A DNA stretch of 24,000 bases from contig NZ_AKKU01000025.1 in NCBI RefSeq assembly GCF_000272005.1, positions 67,493 through 91,492 on the forward strand, written 5' to 3'. Below, one piece after another: positions 15,773 through 24,000 of this stretch; position 1 is the first letter of the stretch; the number at the start of each line of letters is the position of its first letter. The notes under the pieces were generated by a model. That model ran no database searches. It had not been told where the DNA came from and worked only from the letters and a program-made list of their open reading frames with translations. A program made the position numbers and the translations under genes. The DNA is from Alishewanella agri BL06. Its GTDB lineage: Bacteria > Pseudomonadota > Gammaproteobacteria > Enterobacterales > Alteromonadaceae.

Positions 15773-16309
15773 ATGCAGCACTTTCCAATACTTGACCGCG
15801 ATAGCGCCCCGGCACAAAGCCAGACCTTACTGGATGCTACCGCCAAAACGATGGGCCGGGTACCAAACTTATTCGCCGTTATGGCGGCTGCGCCTGGCTT
15901 ACTGGCCGGCTACCAGCAGTTGCATCAGTTGGTGATGGAGAACAGCTTTAATGCCACGGAAAAAACCGTGGTTTGGCAAACCATTAACTTAGAACATGGC
16001 TGTCATTATTGTGTGCCGGCACACGCTGCTATTGCGGCCATGCTTAAGGTAGAGCCCGCTATAGACCAAGCTTTGCGGCAGCGGCAACCGTTACCGGAGC
16101 CGCTGGCTAGTTTGCAGCACTTTACGCAGTTAATGGTGCAACAGCGCGGTCAGGTCAGCGAGCAGGATGTGGCGCAGTTCCTGAGCGCGGGCTATCAGCC
16201 GCGGCAGGTGCTGGAAATTGTGCAAATGATTGCACAAAAGGTGATGAGTAATTACACCAATCACCTGGCGCAAACGCCGCTGGATGAAGCTTTTAAAGCT
16301 TTTGCGTAA
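15773..16309 (+). CDS. Carboxymuconolactone decarboxylase (AhpD-like) family protein
   Basis: The track ORF starts at 15722. ATG 15773 follows AGGAGA (15761-15766). The AhpD-type active-site segment is LEHGCHYCVPAH (CxxC plus His). About 178 aa, all-helical. Confidence 0.8.
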   Translation: MQHFPILDRDSAPAQSQTLLDATAKTMGRVPNLFAVMAAAPGLLAGYQQLHQLVMENSFNATEKTVVWQTINLEHGCHYCVPAHAAIAAMLKVEPAIDQALRQRQPLPEPLASLQHFTQLMVQQRGQVSEQDVAQFLSAGYQPRQVLEIVQMIAQKVMSNYTNHLAQTPLDEAFKAFA

Positions 16310-16370
16310 TTGACAACGCAGGTTACAACATTGAGACTGAAGACTATCTCATCTAAGGTTAAAATGACGC

Positions 16371-16976
16371 ATGTTAAGTTACTTACAGGACAAACGCCTC
16401 ACTTTACAAAGTGGCACTGCCTTGCCGGCGGCGCAGTCTATACTGCAGTTAGCCGGGCAGGGTGAGCTTGAGGTGACGCTCAATCCCGAGCCTGATGCCG
16501 CTGCCGTGCTGGCAGCGATAGCGCAGGCTTATCAGGATGGCTATGAGCAGCAGGCGTCAACCGAGTTTGAACTGCAAGGTATTGCTTTTGCCGGCAGTGG
16601 CGATCCTTTGTTGGCACTGGAGCTGCTATCACAAGTATTACCGGCTTTTAAAGCACAGCGCCATGGTGTGCCGGTTACGCTGGTGACCTATGGCCTGGTG
16701 CTGGCTGCAGAGGCAGAGCAGCTATGCCAGCAGTTAGTGGCGCTGGAAGTCGAGCGGCTGGAAATCTATTTTCCGGCTGCGAATCCACCGGCCTATCAGC
16801 AGGCGGTACAGCCACAGCAATACGGCTTTGCCGAAGTGTGTCAGTTTATCCATACTGCCGCCGAAGCGGGATTACAGGTCAGTTGCTTTGCTTATGCCCC
16901 GGTAAAACAGGCTAGTGAAATTCGGGCGCTGGCCAAAGAGTTGGGGGCGCGGGATTTTCAGATCCTCAGTACCTAA
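16371..16976 (+). CDS. Hypothetical protein with radical-SAM-like core motifs but no CxxxCxxC cluster
   Basis: 201 aa. FAGSGDPLL resembles the radical-SAM GGEPLL motif. VTLVTYGL, LEIYFPAANPPAYQ and AAEAGLQVSCFAYAP...EIRALAKELGA follow the usual downstream strand pattern. The first ~70 aa contain no cysteine. Confidence 0.45.
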   Translation: MLSYLQDKRLTLQSGTALPAAQSILQLAGQGELEVTLNPEPDAAAVLAAIAQAYQDGYEQQASTEFELQGIAFAGSGDPLLALELLSQVLPAFKAQRHGVPVTLVTYGLVLAAEAEQLCQQLVALEVERLEIYFPAANPPAYQQAVQPQQYGFAEVCQFIHTAAEAGLQVSCFAYAPVKQASEIRALAKELGARDFQILST

Positions 16977-17049
16977 AGTACCTAAGTTTATAGCACCGCT
17001 CGATCACGTCACCCGTTGTCATCATTAAGCTCGGTGGATAGTGTTATAC

Positions 17050-17092
17050 AATAACAATTTTGCAATTGACATTGAGAATCGATCTCATTAGC
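17050..17092 (+). promoter_or_regulatory. Candidate Fur box / iron-regulated promoter upstream of the TonB-dependent receptor
   Basis: AT-rich segment AATAACAATTTTGCAATTGACATTGAGAATCGATCTCATTAGC. By hand alignment, GAGAATCGATCTCATTAGC matches the 19-bp Fur consensus GATAATGATAATCATTATC at about 12/19 positions. TGAGAATCGATCTCA is nearly palindromic. The location and the downstream iron-uptake genes fit, but the match is weak. Confidence 0.3.
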
Positions 17093-17119
17093 ATTGCCCT
17101 TCTTTTTTATGAGGGTGCC

Positions 17120-19228
17120 GTGCGATACTTTAAGTTAACGTCGATTAGTCTGGCTTTATTATCCTGCAATCTGCTGGCTGCGGCAGAAACCGTAACTGAG
17201 CAGCAGGAGCCGTCAGCGGATAAAGCGAAGGATTATGTTGAAACCATAGAGGTGATTGGCCGTTTTACCGGTAAAACCTTTTCGGAATACAGTTATTCTG
17301 CGACCAAAATTGCAGCTGATGTGTTAGATATTCCACAATCGATTAGCGCGGTCACCAAAGAGGTGATTAAAGATCAGGCGATGATGCGCCTGAACGACAT
17401 ATCGCCTTTTATCAGCGGCGTTAACGAATTTTCAGTCTATAACGATATTACGATCCGTGGCTTTCGTAACTCAGACGACCGTCGGGTCAATGGTATGCGT
17501 ACCTACAATGACTTTTGGTCGCAATCGGTGATTTCGCATGTTGAGCGGGTAGAAGTGATCAAAGGGCCGGCATCGGCTATCTTTGGGGATGCCAGCCCGG
17601 GCGGCACGGTAAACATCGTGACAAAAAAGCCGTTGGCTGAGCGTCGTAATGAAATCAGTGCGCGTTACGGTAGCTACAAAGATCGTTATGTGGCGCTGGA
17701 TACCACTGGTCCGGCGAATCAGGGTGCTTCCTTGTTATACCGGTTTAATCTCGGGTACGAGAATTCTGACTCATTCCGGGAGCAAATCTTTAATGAGAGT
17801 TTATTGGCCTCGCCTAGCATTACCTGGTTAGCTAACGATAAAACCACCATCAACCTCGAACTGGTTTACGCGGATACCAAAGGTATTCTTGACCGTGGCC
17901 AACCTAATGTGCGTAACGCTTCAGCACTGGGAGTAGTGCCCATTAATGTATCGGTTACCCAGCCCGGCGATAAAATGGATACTGAGTCGTTAACCAGCAG
18001 CCTGGCGATTGATCATAAGCTAACCGATGGTTGGACAGCGGTATTCAATTACATGCATCAGGATTATGACCAGAAGTTGGTTGAGCACCGCATTCGCAAC
18101 TATGTTACCGGTTCTGATTCTGTTATTAATCTGCTGTATGTTGATCGTGATGAGTCGGCAACAGTCGATAATTTCTCTGGCTACATCACTGGTTTGTTTC
18201 AGCTTGGCGGTATCAGCCAGAGCCTGGTGGCTGGTATAGATTACGTTGGCCGCTCTTATCATTCAGCGCAGCTGCGGGCAAATAATGTTGGCACCTTTGA
18301 TATTCTGCAACCAGAGTATCGGCCTAGAGATCCTGCTACCTACAGTGCTACTGCTGATGCTCCCTGGGGCGGCGACTTTAAGAGTACCGGGTATTACCTG
18401 CAAAATCAGATGGATCTGGGCGATTGGTCGCTGTTGCTGAGCTTACGCAGTGAGCACTACGACATTATTGATACTGATGGCTTTGGAGCCAAAGATAATG
18501 CGCTGTTACCAAGGGTCGGGGTGGTTTATCGCCTGTCGCCGCAATCCAGTTTGTATGCCACCTGGGTTACCGGCTTTGAGCCACAGGATTTATTCGCTAA
18601 TAACCCACAAAGTGGTGGCCCTTTTGATCCGCAAGACAGCGAGTTAAAAGAAATTGGTTTTAAAACCAAGCAATTCGATGACAAGTTACTGTTAACGTTA
18701 TCAGCGTATGAAATCACCAAAACCAATATTATTTTATACGATGAAGAAGCGACGCAGGCCGCAAATGACGGCTTTGACAAATACCGGCAGCGTGGCGAAG
18801 AGCAGGCGCGCGGTTTTGAGTTGGAGCTAAATGGTCAGCTTAGCGAGCAACTGCAGCTGATCGCCAACTATGCCTTTAACCGCGCCAAAATTACCGAAGA
18901 TACCAACGCAGCCCTGGTTGGTCTGGCGAAAGAGGGGGCCCCAAAACACAGTGCAACCTTGTGGGCTAAGTATCAGTTGAGTGATCGTTGGTCGACCGGT
19001 GCCGGTGTTACCTACGTGGGAGAGCGTCGCACTTTCGAGGAGGCCCTTGAGCTACCGTCATACCGCTTGTTTAGTGCCGCCTTGTACTACAAAGCGACCG
19101 ACTGGGATGCCGCACTGCAAGTTCGTAATATTACGGATGAAGTGCACTGGACCGGCGGTTATAACTTCGGCCGGATTTTCCCCGGCGATCCGCGCTCAGC
19201 CAGTTTGACCTTTAGCTACCGCTTCTAG
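17120..19228 (+). CDS. TonB-dependent siderophore/metallophore outer-membrane receptor
   Basis: The track ORF starts at TTG 17060. I prefer GTG 17120 (GAGGG at 17111-17115), which gives VRYFKLTSISLALLSCNLLAAA/ET as signal peptide. TonB-box-like ETIEVIG. Plug motifs IRGF and RVEVIKGPASAIFG. A long beta-barrel ending in ...SLTFSYRF with terminal Phe. Confidence 0.9.
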   Translation: MRYFKLTSISLALLSCNLLAAAETVTEQQEPSADKAKDYVETIEVIGRFTGKTFSEYSYSATKIAADVLDIPQSISAVTKEVIKDQAMMRLNDISPFISGVNEFSVYNDITIRGFRNSDDRRVNGMRTYNDFWSQSVISHVERVEVIKGPASAIFGDASPGGTVNIVTKKPLAERRNEISARYGSYKDRYVALDTTGPANQGASLLYRFNLGYENSDSFREQIFNESLLASPSITWLANDKTTINLELVYADTKGILDRGQPNVRNASALGVVPINVSVTQPGDKMDTESLTSSLAIDHKLTDGWTAVFNYMHQDYDQKLVEHRIRNYVTGSDSVINLLYVDRDESATVDNFSGYITGLFQLGGISQSLVAGIDYVGRSYHSAQLRANNVGTFDILQPEYRPRDPATYSATADAPWGGDFKSTGYYLQNQMDLGDWSLLLSLRSEHYDIIDTDGFGAKDNALLPRVGVVYRLSPQSSLYATWVTGFEPQDLFANNPQSGGPFDPQDSELKEIGFKTKQFDDKLLLTLSAYEITKTNIILYDEEATQAANDGFDKYRQRGEEQARGFELELNGQLSEQLQLIANYAFNRAKITEDTNAALVGLAKEGAPKHSATLWAKYQLSDRWSTGAGVTYVGERRTFEEALELPSYRLFSAALYYKATDWDAALQVRNITDEVHWTGGYNFGRIFPGDPRSASLTFSYRF

Positions 19229-19239
19229 CTGCAGCCATA

Positions 19240-19265
19240 CCCGCCTGCACTGTGTTACAGGCGGG
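19240..19265 (+). other. Intergenic hairpin between the receptor and PepSY genes
   Basis: CCCGCCTG (19240-19247) pairs with CAGGCGGG (19258-19265) across a 10-nt loop. No T-tract follows. It could be a partial terminator or mRNA-processing element within an operon. Confidence 0.3.
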
Positions 19266-19288
19266 GAGCACTCTGAGGTATAAAAACG

Positions 19289-20611
19289 ATGACAGCAAAA
19301 CAATGGTTTAACTGGCATAGCCTGACCGGTGTCTGGACAGGGCTGTTGCTGTTTGTCATTTGCTGGAGCGGTACTTTTGCCACCCTGTCATACGAACTGG
19401 ATTGGCTGACCAACCCCGCGATCCGGGCGTCAAGCAGCCAGACGCCCCAGCTTTCTCTGGCAGAGGCTTATCAAATAGTGAGCGAGGCCCGGCCGCAGGA
19501 CCGGGTAGCTTTTGCCAGTGCTCCGCTGGCGCCGGGTTTTAACTACGATCTTGTGATCGAAACTCAGGCTGGTCAGTGGCGGCACCTTTATGTCGATCCG
19601 GTTAGCGGTGTGATCGCCGGCGATAGCAGTTATCTGAATATACAACGTTTTTTTCGGGATTTTCACCGAGTGCTCTTTGGTGCCGTCAATCGAACTTTGG
19701 CGTCATATCTGGTATTTTTGCTGGCTATTCCATTGTTAATTTCAGTGATTTCAGCCTTATATCTCTATCGCTGCTGGTGGCAAAAGTTTTTTACCCTGAA
19801 CTGGAGCCGGCAGCGGCGCGCCAATGTCGCCAGCCTGCACAAACTGGCCGGGATCTGGAGCCTGTGGTTTAGTTTGGTGATTGCGTTAACCAGCGTTTGG
19901 TATTTGTATGAGGCATTTCGGGTGGATGCGATTGACGGTAAGGTGAGTTTAGTGGGGCAGGGTAGTTATGCCGTTCAGCCATTGCCGCCGTTGTCTGGTG
20001 CAATTACGGAGCCACTGCCGTTGACGGAGCTGGTCGCGCGCGCACAACAGGCAAGACCTGACCTGCAAATTACGTCGCTGTGGTTTGATAGCGGATATTT
20101 ACAGGTACATGGTCAGGCCGGACATTTGTTGGTTAGGGACCGCGCCAATAAACTTTATCTCGCCCCTTATACTGGTGAGGTAGTGCATAACCAAAATGCC
20201 AGTGATCTTTCGTTGTACTGGCGGTGGTCAGATACTGCCGATCCCTTACATTTTGGCGATTTTGCTGGCTTAACCAGTAAGCTGATTTGGTTTGTATTTG
20301 GCCTGATCCTGTCATTTATGGCCTTATCCGGTAGCTATATGTATGTCAAACGACAGCAAAGTAAACGCCAACCACTGGCATACCGACGTACGTTGATTTT
20401 GGCGGTAGCAGGCACTGTACTTATGTTGCTGGCCAGTATCTGGGCCGGTTATCAGGCGGCCCTGTCTTATGGGGTGGCGGGGCAACTGCCGGCACTCCCC
20501 GTGGCGACAACGCTATTTTTGGGTGCTTGGCTTGTTCTGACGGTCGCGATTATTGCCTACTGGTGCTTCAAGCTTTTCAGTGTAATAGGATATGAAAGAC
20601 GTTCATTTTAG
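19289..20611 (+). CDS. PepSY-associated TM-helix membrane protein (PiuB-like, iron-regulated; putative ferric-siderophore reductase partner)
   Basis: 440 aa. WHSLTGVWTGLLLFVICWSGTF at the N-terminus and DPLHFGDFAGLTSKLIWFVFGLILSFMALSG near the C-terminus are the characteristic PepSY_TM helices. It sits downstream of a TonB-dependent receptor, the usual context. Confidence 0.8.
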   Translation: MTAKQWFNWHSLTGVWTGLLLFVICWSGTFATLSYELDWLTNPAIRASSSQTPQLSLAEAYQIVSEARPQDRVAFASAPLAPGFNYDLVIETQAGQWRHLYVDPVSGVIAGDSSYLNIQRFFRDFHRVLFGAVNRTLASYLVFLLAIPLLISVISALYLYRCWWQKFFTLNWSRQRRANVASLHKLAGIWSLWFSLVIALTSVWYLYEAFRVDAIDGKVSLVGQGSYAVQPLPPLSGAITEPLPLTELVARAQQARPDLQITSLWFDSGYLQVHGQAGHLLVRDRANKLYLAPYTGEVVHNQNASDLSLYWRWSDTADPLHFGDFAGLTSKLIWFVFGLILSFMALSGSYMYVKRQQSKRQPLAYRRTLILAVAGTVLMLLASIWAGYQAALSYGVAGQLPALPVATTLFLGAWLVLTVAIIAYWCFKLFSVIGYERRSF

Positions 20612-20761
20612 CTTAGATCTACAAGATTGGGTTTGGAACTGTGTAAACACGTTTGATTATTGGGGACTAGCCGAGTAGACTCGTCAGCTCCAGTTTGCGC
20701 TTTGCAAGTTTGTTTGTCTTTTTAATATTGTAAAGAAAGTTCGATTAACCAAGGGAATGAA

Positions 20762-21358
20762 ATGTTAAAATTTGTTCGTAATATCGCTTCGTATCTATTA
20801 CTCAGTAGTGTGATTTCTGTGCCGGCTGTTGCAGCTGGTAGCTTAACCTATGATTATATCGGCGCAAGTTACAGTCGTTTGTTGCCGAAAGAGGGTAGCT
20901 TAGAGCCTTTTGGTGTGACATATGAAGCCGGCTATCAAATCAGTGAATATTTTTATGTTGCTGCTGCGCACAGCAGGTTAGCGGATAACCTTAATGATTA
21001 TGAGCTTAAGTTACGGGAAACCGAGTTAATTTTGGGTTTACGGTTACCCACAGGAGCCGCTACAGATTTGTTTGTTGAACTGGGATACCTGGAACAACAG
21101 GCTATCGAAACCGGTTGGCGAGTGCGCAACGATATCACAGCAGAAGGCTGGATGGCGAAAACAGGGCTTAATCATGCGCTGAGTGAGCGAGTGGAGTTGT
21201 CGATATATCTGAACCACCAGAATAATGACTTTGACCGTGTTACGGCATTTGGTGTCAATAGCCGCCTGCATTTTACACAGACTTTTCAGTTGGTTATAGG
21301 TTTTGACGCCGATCCTGATAATCGCCGCGGCAAAGTTGGATTGCATTACGCGTTCTAA
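20762..21358 (+). CDS. Small outer-membrane beta-barrel protein (OmpA-like/OMP_b-brl type, about 8 strands)
   Basis: 198 aa. Signal peptide ...SVISVPAVAA/GS. Alternating amphipathic strands (YDYIGASYS, YEAGYQISEYFYVAAAHS, VELSIYLNH). C-terminal ...VGLHYAF with terminal Phe. Confidence 0.7.
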   Translation: MLKFVRNIASYLLLSSVISVPAVAAGSLTYDYIGASYSRLLPKEGSLEPFGVTYEAGYQISEYFYVAAAHSRLADNLNDYELKLRETELILGLRLPTGAATDLFVELGYLEQQAIETGWRVRNDITAEGWMAKTGLNHALSERVELSIYLNHQNNDFDRVTAFGVNSRLHFTQTFQLVIGFDADPDNRRGKVGLHYAF

Positions 21359-21387
21359 GCTCTAACATGTTGTTGTTAAGCAGCCTC

Positions 21388-21412
21388 GCTCCGCAAAAGC
21401 GGGGCTGTTTTG
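21388..21412 (+). terminator. Rho-independent terminator of the OMP gene
   Basis: GCTCCGC (21388-21394), loop AAAA, GCGGGGC (21399-21405, one G-U pair), followed by TGTTTTGT. Confidence 0.7.
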
Positions 21413-21615
21413 TCTAATCTGCGGCACTGAATCATTTTTTCAGATTAAACCAATCAATTTTAATTATTTTGTCCTTTTTTTTACTTCAACTAGGCTTTAC
21501 ACACTGAGACCCAAGGCGGCGCCGGCATAAGCTGCCGGCTGGGTGTTGACCAGTTTTTAATACTTATCAGGTGTTTAACTTGCGTCGATTTTGGCGCTGT
21601 GTAATCCAGAGGTAG

Positions 21616-23847
<2,232 letters not shown>

Positions 23848-23864
23848 ACTTAAGCTGATAACCG

Positions 23865-23889
23865 AGCCCCGCCAAGCGGGGCTTTTTTT
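23865..23889 (+). terminator. Rho-independent terminator of katG
   Basis: AGCCCCGC (23865-23872), loop CAA, GCGGGGCT (23876-23883), running into a T7 tract (23883-23889). Confidence 0.85.
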
Positions 23890-23893
23890 AAGG

Positions 23894-24000
23894 CTAAATC
23901 TTTAATACAAAGGTATTGCGGCCGGCCTTCTTGGCGGCATATAAGGCCTCGTCTGCCCGTTTTAACAGCTGCATTGGCGTTTCGCCTTTTTGTTTAACAC
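23894..24000 (-). CDS. C-terminal end of a GGDEF-domain diguanylate cyclase (5' part outside the window)
   Basis: The reverse complement reads ...KGETPMQLLKRADEALYAAKKAGRNTFVLKI*, with the stop at 23894-23896. ADxALYxAKxxGRN is the conserved C-terminal helix of GGDEF domains. Only ~35 aa are visible. Confidence 0.6.
   Translation of the reverse strand, partial: VKQKGETPMQLLKRADEALYAAKKAGRNTFVLKI

Noticed and set aside
16968-16985. Tandem 9-bp duplication AGTACCTAA-AGTACCTAA spanning the stop codon of the 201-aa ORF
   Set aside because: It is a real repeat in the sequence, but only two copies. Its only effect is a second in-frame TAA two codons after the first. It is most simply a slippage duplication with no evident function.
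17060-17119. TTG-initiated extension of the TonB-dependent receptor ORF
   Set aside because: It would place 20 extra residues before a normal signal peptide and would overlap the Fur-box-like promoter region. GTG 17120 with GAGGG upstream gives a canonical signal sequence.

Overview
This looks like a chromosomal stretch from a Gram-negative bacterium, most likely a gammaproteobacterium; I cannot place it more precisely from sequence alone. I support 22 protein-coding genes, two of them cut by the window edges, plus several hairpins and terminators and one weak Fur-box candidate. I saw no rRNA, tRNA, CRISPR array, transposase, integrase or obvious prophage gene. Gene order, left to right: ECF sigma factor (partial, -), secreted M14 carboxypeptidase (-), YqhA-like membrane protein (+), a SAM-methyltransferase/HNH-nuclease fusion (+), a translationally coupled pair of type-2 thymidine-phosphorylase-family (archaeal AMP-phosphorylase-like) and PRPP-synthetase-family proteins (+). 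Next is a minus-strand envelope redox block: thioredoxin, CcdA/DsbD-like transporter, amicyanin-like cupredoxin, DUF3034 putative outer-membrane barrel, and a lipoprotein truncated haemoglobin. Then come an AraC regulator divergent from an operon of DinB-like protein, NRDE(TANGO2)-acyltransferase fusion, OlsB-like GNAT N-acyltransferase and AhpD/CMD-like protein; a radical-SAM-like protein lacking the Cys triad; a TonB-dependent receptor with PepSY membrane protein; a small outer-membrane barrel; a signal-peptide-bearing KatG; and the 3' end of a GGDEF protein (-). The most unusual items are: (i) the methyltransferase-HNH fusion at 4043-5737; (ii) the NRDE/TANGO2 domain fused to a lyso-lipid acyltransferase inside a putative lipoamino-acid operon at 12805-16309; (iii) the cupredoxin/DUF3034/lipoprotein-globin module at 8381-10302. 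All functional calls rest on motif recognition by eye, since no database search was possible.
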